Position numbers and translations under genes: made by a program. Below the pieces are notes generated by a model. That model ran no database searches. It saw only the letters and a list, made by a program, of their open reading frames with translations, and was not told the origin of the DNA. Below are positions 30,395 through 39,175 of a DNA stretch of 64,000 bases, in pieces; position 1 is the first letter of the stretch, and every line of letters begins with the position of its first letter. Source of the stretch: a virus (lineage: Duplodnaviria > Caudoviricetes); the IMG/VR virus record IMGVR_UViG_3300034155_000027, positions 32,001-96,000 of that record; one strand, written 5' to 3'.

Positions 30395-31948
30395 TTATCT
30401 AATATTATCATCTCGTTGCATTGCGGCTGCTGGAACAACAAATCCAGCTTTGGTTAAATCAACAAAGTATTGGATTATTTCAGTGTAGGCAGATCCTATA
30501 ACGATTAAAGCTCTACGTGGGCGAATAATATTATAGTTAGCCACCCAACTGGTCCCTGTAGATGATTCTATTCCGTCGATTTCATCAGTGGAAATTCCAC
30601 CAACACGTATGAGTGTTAGTTTCGAATCGGAGTCCGTTGTCGGCTCGGAAAGCTCACCATTTATGTTATTAGTTACTGTAACCACAGTTCCGTCAACAAC
30701 AGCAGAAAACCCAGTGATTGTTTCGGCCACAGTCTGTAGCGAAGTGGCCACGTCCGACGTATTATCATCTACAGCAATCGTCACTTCATGGCCTGTTCCA
30801 CCAGGAGCAGGATCATTACCAGTATAGTCGTAGTTAAACCAAAAGTAATGGTTAGCTGGGTCTGGATTACCTTGAATATGGAACTCAATAATGGTTTCAT
30901 TTAACGCTGAAACTATCACGCCATCAAAATCAACCTTCCATACTTGCCCGTGTGGTTGCTCGTAAACGCGCACCTCACTACCAGCTGTGAGACCTTGGAA
31001 TTCTATTGTTGCAGTGATAGGCTCTTGTACTGTCCCATCAGAAGCAATTAGTGAATACTTCACGTTAATAGCTACATTAGTCGGGAACCACCCACGCTCA
31101 AAATACAACACCCCAGCAGTCAGGGTTACGATTGGTCTCTTAGGATTTTCTACATAAACACCATTGAGCGACCGAAAGCGCCAACCAGGAGTCGAGTCGA
31201 TAGAAGCAGTTGAATTTTCTGAGATGAGCCACATCGCCGCATCATATATTTCCTGAGCGTTCTTACCGTTGGTGTCAAATTCGGCATCGTAATTTTTGGC
31301 ACCATTACCATTACCCAAGTCATGGGAAACAGTTCCAACCGTGGTCCCCATCCCAGTTAATAACACGGCGGCTTGCGCTTCGGTTGCCGAAACCAGCGAG
31401 TCAATTTCTGTAGAGATGGCAACGAACTGTTCGGAACCGGGGGATAGGTTGGCATCACTGTGGCTACCTGTCTGGCCATACTTGCGCGAGAATATTGTGA
31501 CAATTCCTGAGTCGATAAATACACCTTCGGTCTTCACCTTGATCAACGTACGAACATGCCCACCACCCCACCAGGCGGATACCTTGCTACCGTTCTGTAC
31601 GATATACATAGGAGAAGCTGAAACAATTGGTCCGCTTGTGTGGATTCCAGTGTAGAGAGTGTCTCCGCCCTCCTGGGATATAGATCCAAAGTACAAATAG
31701 TGACTAGTAGTGTCGTCGATATTGTATTCAACACCACGAGGACCCGAGTTGAGAAGTATTACCATAGCGGGAACAAAAGGATCTCTAATACCCGCCAGCT
31801 TCGAGGGGACATCTTTGCGTTTTCCGTCTGCGTCATCAGAACGATCTGCTAACCACACATGCAAGTCTAGAACAGAATCCGAAGTACTTCCCGAGGCATA
31901 TCGGATCGCGCCTGTGGTAAAGTTGACGGTGTATGAGTTAGTTGTCAT
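30395..31948 (-). CDS. Virion structural/fibre-associated protein (elevated GC)
   Basis: 517-aa beta-rich ORF; GLTAGSEVRVYE Ig-like motif; coupled to upstream gene. Confidence 0.6.
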   Translation of the reverse strand: MTTNSYTVNFTTGAIRYASGSTSDSVLDLHVWLADRSDDADGKRKDVPSKLAGIRDPFVPAMVILLNSGPRGVEYNIDDTTSHYLYFGSISQEGGDTLYTGIHTSGPIVSASPMYIVQNGSKVSAWWGGGHVRTLIKVKTEGVFIDSGIVTIFSRKYGQTGSHSDANLSPGSEQFVAISTEIDSLVSATEAQAAVLLTGMGTTVGTVSHDLGNGNGAKNYDAEFDTNGKNAQEIYDAAMWLISENSTASIDSTPGWRFRSLNGVYVENPKRPIVTLTAGVLYFERGWFPTNVAINVKYSLIASDGTVQEPITATIEFQGLTAGSEVRVYEQPHGQVWKVDFDGVIVSALNETIIEFHIQGNPDPANHYFWFNYDYTGNDPAPGGTGHEVTIAVDDNTSDVATSLQTVAETITGFSAVVDGTVVTVTNNINGELSEPTTDSDSKLTLIRVGGISTDEIDGIESSTGTSWVANYNIIRPRRALIVIGSAYTEIIQYFVDLTKAGFVVPAAAMQRDDNIR

Positions 31949-34584
31949 CAGATTTGATCCTCTCGAGTCATTGCGACAACTATGATTTGACTCACGCCGG
32001 GAGCTATCGTCGCCTGTAGCACTCCCTGGGAATAGACTGGCGAAGCACTGGTCTTACGTGCCGTTCCCTCGATTTGCTGCGCAGCGTCGTGTTTGAGTAC
32101 CACGACACAATCTCCGTTAGCGTCAGACGTGCCGCCACCGACCTCGGTAAAGCGCGAGTACTCTCCGCCGGTTCCTGCTTCTACCCAAACCACCGCGCCT
32201 GCCACGGGGAGCAAGGTTACGGCGTCCACGCAATGAATGGTAACCGGCGTCTCATACATCTTGTACTGGTACGCCTGAGTCGTCGTGGTGCTCGTCGTAC
32301 CGAAATACAGCGACGTAATCGCGGAAGTGTTCGCGTTCGTCGTGGTGATTCTCACCTTGATCTTGAACCCACGAGCAGAATCAATAGAGGCATTGCGAGC
32401 CTCAAGATTGACAGCGCTGGCGGCCTCAAAGTCTCGCCAGCCAACACCGTCGTTCAGGTCAATCGCGTACTCGATGAGGTAGTTCGAAGAGGTTCCTCCG
32501 GCCATGACTGGGGCACCAGAGAATCCGGTGTGGCCAATTCGGTAAACGCGGTCTTCCCAGGTGCAGGTGTCATTTACGCTCTTCAGAAACAGCCCGTTTG
32601 AGCCGTTGAAGAATGCGGTCGCGCTCGGCGCGAACGTCACGTAAGGAGCTGACAATGCGCTAGCGGGATGCATTAGAAGGATGTAGCGACCTGCTGTTGT
32701 GGACGTGTGGGAGTCCCAGAAGTGAGTCCCTGGGATATTATCGACTGTTCCAAGGGTCCCTGCGCAGCACACGCCACGCCAATCAGAGTCACTGGACAAT
32801 GGTCTGCTAGCTAACGCGTACTGAACGCCGCTGCTCCAGGTGTTTTGTTTGTAGCTGTCGTTGAAAGAATTAGCCAAACTGTTTCTTACGTTTGACGCGT
32901 AGCACGCGAAAATTCTCACCTGTGACGTGGCCGACCCGCCTGGGCAAGTAACAAAATACTGTGCCGAGTTTGCGGATCCAAAATCTAATGGTGAAGCGTA
33001 CGACCCTATGTTGCACACTATGCAATCTGTAACACCAGTAGCACAGCTAACTATTCCGCCCAGTGGGTGCACATTGGTTAGACCGAGGAAGCTAAGCCCA
33101 TCAATCTTCACTCCAGACGATCCGGCTCCAATAGACACGGCTACGTTGCCGGTCGTTCCGGTTGTCCCGCTGATTTTGTCTACATACTGAGTGCCTACAG
33201 CTGTCACATCTGCAGCACCCGTAGCTATAGCCAGTGCCCCAGATGAGACGCAGTGACAGTAATTCAGTGATATTCGAAGGCTGCCACCTATCGAAAATGA
33301 GCTGTTATATGAGACCGTAAAGTTGCGAGCTGACGACGCTTTTACCCTGTTGAATACCAAGTCTCGGCACCCGATCAGGCGGATTACGGCAACACCTGAG
33401 GCGGCACTACTCCAGAACGCGCAGTCAGAGACTGTGGATGATGAAAATCCAGCCAGGTCAAAAGCTATCTGATTGAGATTTGCGCTCAACCCGACGCCAA
33501 CATGGTCAAGCGACAAATTGTTTCCAGATATAATCGACATAGAATCAAAGACGCCTGAGTACGACATCTCTGATCCTGGCTGAGCGTTGTACCAATACAG
33601 CCGCCACCCAACAGATGCCTTATTGATGCGGTATTTGACCGAGATGGACGTCCCGTATGACGTGCTACCAATCGCAAATCTAGTGGTTGTTGTCGCATTG
33701 GGAATCACATTCGCAGTTCGCGCTGCCGCCGTGCAGTGCGAAGTGATGATATTTCCCACGACAACGCGCAGGTTTGCGGATGGCGTGTAGCCAGCTGCTG
33801 TTGAACCGTTGTTGCCTAAGCGAGCTAGCCCAGTGTTTGGAACCCAGCAGACTTTGGCGCGGATGTCGGTTGCGATGTCCGTAGCGTCCGCAACGTTGGC
33901 GTAAAATTCAAAGTCGCCAACGCCCGAAGTTTTCTCGATGAAAATTCCTGGGATGTAACATAGTTGGCCGTTGGTGGGGATCTGAAATGTCTGATTGGAT
34001 TCGCCGCTGGTGGTTCCCAGCTCGAACCATTCTCCTAGCGCTTCGAATCCGTAATCGTGGCCAACTCCGGGGAGGTAAGCTCCGGTGTATTCGCACCCGG
34101 GAGCTGCGGTTGTCCCTTCCTCTGCCAGGACCTCAATCCACCCAACAATGTCAGCCCCCGAAATCGTGAATGTGAACCCGCCTTTCGTGAAGGTTCCACT
34201 CGTCGGGTACGCGACAGAGTTCCAGGCCTTGACCTTGATCCATCCGCTCGCACCGGTGAGAGCTGGAGCTGCTGTTTTCGAAGTGTAGATCGCAATGACT
34301 TTGCCGGTCGCATCTCCGCAGTCTACGGTAGCACCAGCTTCGATGGTACCTGAACCATCGGTGAATGGAATCAGGCGAACGTAGCGCGCTTCAATAAGAG
34401 TAGTCCCACCCGTTGACGCGGTGACAATACGTTCTATTGAGTTTGCTGTGGTGCCATTGAGACCGGCGCGAGAGTCCTGATCAATCGTGAGAACGGCTGC
34501 GTTGGAGATGTTGTAAACATGCCCACCCGTACCACCGGCGCACGCGTCAATGTTCGTGTTTGACGAGATCGTGAAGGTGGTCAT
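31948..34584 (-). CDS. Fibre/adhesin-like beta-helix protein, GC-rich import
   Basis: 878 aa rich in S/T/G/A with beta-helix rungs and a C-terminal prealbumin-like motif (PVAGAVVWV..GTSDANG); far more GC-rich than the flanks. Confidence 0.65.
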   Translation of the reverse strand: MTTFTISSNTNIDACAGGTGGHVYNISNAAVLTIDQDSRAGLNGTTANSIERIVTASTGGTTLIEARYVRLIPFTDGSGTIEAGATVDCGDATGKVIAIYTSKTAAPALTGASGWIKVKAWNSVAYPTSGTFTKGGFTFTISGADIVGWIEVLAEEGTTAAPGCEYTGAYLPGVGHDYGFEALGEWFELGTTSGESNQTFQIPTNGQLCYIPGIFIEKTSGVGDFEFYANVADATDIATDIRAKVCWVPNTGLARLGNNGSTAAGYTPSANLRVVVGNIITSHCTAAARTANVIPNATTTTRFAIGSTSYGTSISVKYRINKASVGWRLYWYNAQPGSEMSYSGVFDSMSIISGNNLSLDHVGVGLSANLNQIAFDLAGFSSSTVSDCAFWSSAASGVAVIRLIGCRDLVFNRVKASSARNFTVSYNSSFSIGGSLRISLNYCHCVSSGALAIATGAADVTAVGTQYVDKISGTTGTTGNVAVSIGAGSSGVKIDGLSFLGLTNVHPLGGIVSCATGVTDCIVCNIGSYASPLDFGSANSAQYFVTCPGGSATSQVRIFACYASNVRNSLANSFNDSYKQNTWSSGVQYALASRPLSSDSDWRGVCCAGTLGTVDNIPGTHFWDSHTSTTAGRYILLMHPASALSAPYVTFAPSATAFFNGSNGLFLKSVNDTCTWEDRVYRIGHTGFSGAPVMAGGTSSNYLIEYAIDLNDGVGWRDFEAASAVNLEARNASIDSARGFKIKVRITTTNANTSAITSLYFGTTSTTTTQAYQYKMYETPVTIHCVDAVTLLPVAGAVVWVEAGTGGEYSRFTEVGGGTSDANGDCVVVLKHDAAQQIEGTARKTSASPVYSQGVLQATIAPGVSQIIVVAMTREDQI

Positions 34585-34740
34585 GCTCCCCTAACATGGT
34601 TTGAGTCACGCCCATTCAGAAAAAAAAGCGCATGCTGTAAATTCTTAATAAATATTTTTAACATAATAGTTCTTTAAATACTAAAAATATACTAATTTAT
34701 TAGTTATAAATATTATTATTCAATAAAATAACTAGTTAAT

Positions 34741-35259
34741 TTATGTTAATAAAATATTAAAATGAAAAACCGAAGCCAATTCTAAAAGCTTATCTCTTTT
34801 TTTATCATCAGTATCTACATCATGATAATCCATCACCTGATCAATATATTCTTCAGCTACTTCATCACCCTGCGTATCTGAAATATATTTGGTTTGATTT
34901 CTAAAACCCTCCTGCTCTACCGGGTTATCTAAATAATCATCAGCATCAGACCCTTGTGTAGGCTTACTTCCCGTTGTCTGCTGCGCAAAATGCGTAACTT
35001 CATGAGCTAAATAATGATCATTATCAGATATATCTGATGCTAAATCGATATTTAAATATATAATACCATGATTTGTTCTGGCTGATACTGGAATTTTAGC
35101 AAAACATACCGGTATCAAATCAATCTCGTCTTTATTTAATTTATATTTTTTAAATATATCTTTAACTACGTCATGATTAAAAACTCGCTTCTTGAGTTTG
35201 TCAAGAATTGGCGCTAGTTTTTTATGGGGTATGCCCTTCGTATTTATTTCAGCTGGCAT
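34741..35259 (-). CDS. Zincin-like metallopeptidase
   Basis: YLAHEVTHFAQ (HExxH) followed by YLDNPVEQEGF. Confidence 0.7.
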   Translation of the reverse strand: MPAEINTKGIPHKKLAPILDKLKKRVFNHDVVKDIFKKYKLNKDEIDLIPVCFAKIPVSARTNHGIIYLNIDLASDISDNDHYLAHEVTHFAQQTTGSKPTQGSDADDYLDNPVEQEGFRNQTKYISDTQGDEVAEEYIDQVMDYHDVDTDDKKRDKLLELASVFHFNILLT

Positions 35260-35316
35260 ATGAAAATATTCCTTTGATATTATTATATTTTAATATGCCA
35301 GGAAACCATTTAATAA

Positions 35317-35718
35317 TTATTCCGTTACAAATTCCTTAACAAAAGATTCGTCATCTTTTATTCGATCAACTTTGTTTAACCAATTACTAAATTCTTGCTG
35401 CGTCATGCTTTCTAACATTGTTGATAAAGCATATCCAGAGTAAACTGGCTGATCACTGTTTTTAGATTTTTCATTTTCTTCTTTGGTTTTTTCTATTAGT
35501 GTCTGTCTAAACAATAAAATATAGCACGCATAACTAACTAAAATATCAGATAATTGATCAAGGTTTTCTGTATCTGTTATTTTTATATTTGTTACAGGTG
35601 CTTGTAAATTAAATGCTGAAAGAGATAATTCCAATGCTTGTGTAATTTGCTCATCAGTAATTATAAAATCATGAAAATTATAAATTCTAAAAGTGACTAG
35701 TTTGATTAATTTTTCCAT
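35317..35718 (-). CDS. Diverged paralogue of the C-terminal domain of 36419-37315
   Basis: TDEQI..LSAFN..DILV..QTLIE..NWLNKV matches TVDEL..LSMFN..DVLT..QSLIE..NWYDKC. Confidence 0.6.
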   Translation of the reverse strand: MEKLIKLVTFRIYNFHDFIITDEQITQALELSLSAFNLQAPVTNIKITDTENLDQLSDILVSYACYILLFRQTLIEKTKEENEKSKNSDQPVYSGYALSTMLESMTQQEFSNWLNKVDRIKDDESFVKEFVTE

Positions 35719-35740
35719 TTTTCTTTTCCTTTAATTAAAT

Positions 35741-35788
35741 TAATTCTTTGGTAAAAACAATTGATATTATATTGTTACCAAAGAATTA
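35741..35788. repeat. Inverted pair of the TTACCAAAGAA motif (14-bp arms)
   Basis: taattctttggtaa...ttaccaaagaatta. Confidence 0.85.
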
Positions 35789-35790
35789 TT

Positions 35791-36048
35791 TTATTTCCAT
35801 ATGTATTTTGTTGAATAACTTGTTAAATTTTTAAAAGGTATTGATGTTTGTGAAATTGTAGATGCACGAATACAGTTTTTAATTTCTTTTGGCTGAGCAA
35901 GTGCTGTTGCCGAATAACTTGGTACAATATCAAAATATTTCTCTTCAGATACTTGCCTAGTAGAATAAGTTTGAAAAATAGTCGATTTTATACTTTTACA
36001 GAAATCTTCTGAAGAAATAACTATCGGACATATTTTCGTTTCGTTCAT
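35791..36048 (-). CDS. Hypothetical protein, tandem paralogue A
   Basis: KICPIVISSEDFCK..EKYFDIVPSYS shared with neighbour. Confidence 0.6.
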   Translation of the reverse strand: MNETKICPIVISSEDFCKSIKSTIFQTYSTRQVSEEKYFDIVPSYSATALAQPKEIKNCIRASTISQTSIPFKNLTSYSTKYIWK

Positions 36049-36056
36049 AACAACAC

Positions 36057-36064
36057 ATATATCA
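36057..36064 (-). promoter_or_regulatory. TGATATAT promoter-like motif (representative copy)
   Basis: Same 8-mer lies upstream of starts at 12695, 36048, 36397, 37756, 43673, 46819 and 59338. Confidence 0.6.
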
Positions 36065-36397
36065 CTCTATTTTAACATTTGTTGGTATGTGTACTAAAAT
36101 TTTATCGTTATGAAACGGGCACCGTTGAATACAACATTCTACACCTTGAATTTTAAAAGGTATAAATATATTTACGCTTTGTAAAAACGCATAAGTATAA
36201 ATACCGCTTTTAATTTCTTGTGGAAATCCTGAATGTCCCAAGTTACTTTGAAAAGCTACTGAATAACTCGGAACAATATCAAAATATTTTTCTTTAGATA
36301 AATTTCCATAAGTATAATTTTGACAAATAGCCGATTTAACACCTTTACAAAAATCTTTTGAAGAAATTGTTATCGGACAAACTTTAGCTTCGTACAT
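36062..36397 (-). CDS. Hypothetical protein, tandem paralogue B
   Basis: KVCPITISSKDFCK..EKYFDIVPSYS. Confidence 0.6.
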   Translation of the reverse strand: MYEAKVCPITISSKDFCKGVKSAICQNYTYGNLSKEKYFDIVPSYSVAFQSNLGHSGFPQEIKSGIYTYAFLQSVNIFIPFKIQGVECCIQRCPFHNDKILVHIPTNVKIE

Positions 36398-36418
36398 TAA
36401 ATTAGATATATCACCGCT

Positions 36419-37315
36419 TTAAAAAATTTGTCTCTGCCTTAATGTACGTAATCTTCTAACCTGTGGAGATGTATTAGGAAATGATAAAGCTAACAATCCT
36501 AAAGGCGCACTTCTCATGTTATTTTTTATCAATTTGCATTTATCATACCAATTTGTCATCTCTGTCTGATATTTTGAATTTGCTAATTCTGAAATTGTCG
36601 GCGGTGTAAACCCTATCCCATTATCATTAATTTGAAACTCCCTTCCCCTCTCTATCAATGACTGTGCCCCAAGTGCCAAATATAATGCCCCCTGCGTCAA
36701 TACATCATGAAATTGCTCTATTATCGGCGTGTCTTCCCAAGAAAACATCGTGAAATGTGGTATCTCATTAAACATCGAAAGCGCACTGCATAAAAATGTT
36801 ACCAACTCATCTACAGTATAAATATCACAATCTTTATATATAATATTTCCATACTCATCTGTCGTCTTAGATTTTCCACTGCTCTTTAACCTTGCCTTTA
36901 ATGATTTTAATAATTGATTTATATTACATATTGCATTCTGTGAAAAATTAAAACCTACATCGTCTCCAAGATGATGCTGCCCATCAGAATTTATCGCAGG
37001 CATCTGTGTGGTATGTACTACAAATGAAAATCCCTGTAATACCTCATACCCACCCAGTATCCCCCTCCAAATATCTTGCCATACCGCTAATTGAGGAAAT
37101 AATCCAACACAATAATTAAATTGATATTGCCCTACTCCTATCCTTGTTACACCCACATTAGTTGGCCCTACCGCCACACCACCACTAGGTTGTACTATCG
37201 TAACCGTTGGTAATGTATCAAGATCTATTTCAGTTCCCTCAGGACCAGTAAATCTTGCCCTTAACATTACTGTATCACCTGGTTGTATTATTTGTGATCT
37301 GGTAAGAATTGACAT
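36419..37315 (-). CDS. Ig-like domain plus probable head-tail adaptor
   Basis: N-terminal PTVTIVQPSG..RIGVGQYQFNY..WQDIW; helical C-terminal domain with FQINDNGIGFT. Confidence 0.5.
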   Translation of the reverse strand: MSILTRSQIIQPGDTVMLRARFTGPEGTEIDLDTLPTVTIVQPSGGVAVGPTNVGVTRIGVGQYQFNYCVGLFPQLAVWQDIWRGILGGYEVLQGFSFVVHTTQMPAINSDGQHHLGDDVGFNFSQNAICNINQLLKSLKARLKSSGKSKTTDEYGNIIYKDCDIYTVDELVTFLCSALSMFNEIPHFTMFSWEDTPIIEQFHDVLTQGALYLALGAQSLIERGREFQINDNGIGFTPPTISELANSKYQTEMTNWYDKCKLIKNNMRSAPLGLLALSFPNTSPQVRRLRTLRQRQIF

Positions 37316-37374
37316 TTTAAAAACTCCTTTATATATACCAAAAAATAGAGATATTAAATATTTTTTATTAATTT

Positions 37375-37756
37375 ACATTTATCATACCAATTTGTAATCT
37401 CTGTCTGATATTCTGAATTTAATAATTCTGAAATTATAAAACTTGTTTCATTATTAATTCTAAATTCTTTCCCGTTTTTTATCAATGACTGTGCCCCCAA
37501 GTACTAAATATAATGCTCCCTGTGTCAATACATCATGAAATTGCTCTATAATTACTGTGTCTTCCCAAGAAAACATAGTAAAATGTGGTGTCTCATTAAA
37601 CATCGAAAGAATAATATTTAAAAATATTATTAATTCATCTATCGTATAAATATCACAATCATTGTTTTTGAGTTTTATTTTTAATGTTTTTAATAATTTA
37701 TTAATATTATATATAGCATCAGGTTGTATTGTTTTTTGATCTGAAAATTTTAACAT
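37375..37756 (-). pseudogene. Decayed partial copy of the 3' half of 36419-37315
   Basis: Clear DNA identity to about 36535-36835, with one extra C (cccccaag, about 37494-98) causing a frameshift, plus deletions. Confidence 0.8.
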
Positions 37757-37818
37757 TTAAAATATCCTTTATATATGCAAGAAAATGGATATATCAACAT
37801 ATATTTGGGAGCGCAAAA

Positions 37819-38604
37819 ATGGCAAATGAATTTAAAGTTGGCGGATGGATACAAGATCCAAAAAATAAATCATATAATCAATTTGAAAAATCTTCATTCT
37901 CTCTAACCGATGGAATGAGAGATGATATCGATCTTCGTCCCTTCTCTTCTCCAAGACATAATCAAGGATCTACAAGTACCTGTGTAGCCAATTCTGTTAT
38001 CAAAGCCTTGGAAATAAAAAGAATATTAAAATATGGACCAGAAAAACATGTTGATTTATCAAGATTAGATCTGTATTGGGGTGCCAGAGAACGTATGTCT
38101 CCCCCTATGACCGAATGGGATAATGGTACCTTTATCTATCTTGCCTGCGAAGTATTAAAAGATTTTGGCGTTTGTAGCGAGGCCATGTATCCATTTTCTA
38201 ACCAAAATGTATTTCAACGACCTCCAATTATGGCTAGCCGTGAAGCAAGATTAAATAGAATTAAATCCTGTTTCAAAATCTTAAGTAGTGGCCAAAAAAG
38301 ATTGGATGATATAATCTTTAATCTAAAAGCCGGAAACCCCGTTGTCTTTGGTACCGAAGTCGGTTACGATTGGCAAAATTATCAAGGTGGCCCCAATCCC
38401 ATAAAAATTGAAAGACAAGTTAAAGGTATGCACGCTATGTGCTGTTGCGGTTTCGCCAATGGTGTTTTTATTGTTGAAAATAGTTGGGGAGATTCTTGGG
38501 GAGAAAATGGATTTGCCTACGTTGCTCCAGAGGTTTTCCTTAGTCGAGCTACAAGCGATATTTGGGTTATACTTGACGGTTCTGAAAATTGGACGGAAAA
38601 ATAA
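37819..38604 (+). CDS. Papain-like (C1A) cysteine protease
   Basis: NQGSTSTCVAN (Q..C), GMHAM (H), ENSWGDSWGENGF (N). Start at MANEF. Confidence 0.9.
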   Translation: MANEFKVGGWIQDPKNKSYNQFEKSSFSLTDGMRDDIDLRPFSSPRHNQGSTSTCVANSVIKALEIKRILKYGPEKHVDLSRLDLYWGARERMSPPMTEWDNGTFIYLACEVLKDFGVCSEAMYPFSNQNVFQRPPIMASREARLNRIKSCFKILSSGQKRLDDIIFNLKAGNPVVFGTEVGYDWQNYQGGPNPIKIERQVKGMHAMCCCGFANGVFIVENSWGDSWGENGFAYVAPEVFLSRATSDIWVILDGSENWTEK

Positions 38605-38606
38605 TT

Positions 38607-38948
38607 ATGAAAAAAATAGCAATTATACTTAGTTTATTTCTTTTTAACTGTACTGATATTAATAAAAAAAATCATACCCCAATAGGTGTCAAAGATGATA
38701 TTACCCTATGTGGAGACTCTTGCTCACATATTAAATTACTTAATTGTCAAGAAGGAAATGATTTAATATATCCAGGTTCTTCCTGTACCTTAGATGCAGA
38801 ATGTCAAAATGGAATATGTAAAAATAATAAATGTACAGAAACCTGTGAAATGGTTTGTCAAGCATTAGCTATAGAAGGTAGATATCTCGGTTTGGAATGT
38901 TGGAAAACAATAACCAAATGTGAAGATATAGAAAAATTATGTCGCTAA
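38607..38948 (+). CDS. Cys-rich predicted lipoprotein
   Basis: MKKIAIILSLFLFNC signal with lipobox-like Cys; about 12 more Cys. Confidence 0.7.
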   Translation: MKKIAIILSLFLFNCTDINKKNHTPIGVKDDITLCGDSCSHIKLLNCQEGNDLIYPGSSCTLDAECQNGICKNNKCTETCEMVCQALAIEGRYLGLECWKTITKCEDIEKLCR

Positions 38949-38952
38949 ATCG

Positions 38953-39158
38953 GTCATAAACCCCACCAAGCTTCCGGCTTGGAAGGGGCTTGTTAAAGTC
39001 AATTATGCCAAAATTAAAACAACAAGTTAAATCAATGACTAGAGTATCCGATCTTCCTACTCGTAAGAGTAGGAAGATTAAGGAAACTGAATCATCTTCT
39101 CATGGCAGAGAAAAAAATATTTCCGATACTTCTCTAGTTGGAAATCTCTATACGGTCT
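38953..39158 (+). ncRNA. Orphan HEARO/IscB-type omegaRNA (no iscB ORF)
   Basis: GTCA..CCCCACCAAG..CTTGGAAGGGG-CTTG..CAAG..TGACTAG architecture, perfect hairpin atcttcctactc-GTAA-gagtaggaagat, then GAAACTGAA..GGCAG..GATACTTCTCTAGT..CTCT. Recognised by resemblance only. Confidence 0.65.
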
Positions 39159-39175
39159 TACCCAAAATACACTAG

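Noticed and set aside
30588-34353. Many overlapping plus-strand and alternate-frame ORFs in the GC-rich island
   Set aside because: Shadow ORFs expected from high GC, overlapping real genes, with no motifs.
36535-37660. Near-identical pair resembling a DGR template/variable repeat
   Set aside because: Differences are mostly G/C to A/T with indels rather than adenine-specific, and no reverse transcriptase is in the window.
38990-39175. 61-aa ORF over the orphan RNA
   Set aside because: Coincides with RNA stems and a rearrangement scar; TTG start with no motif.
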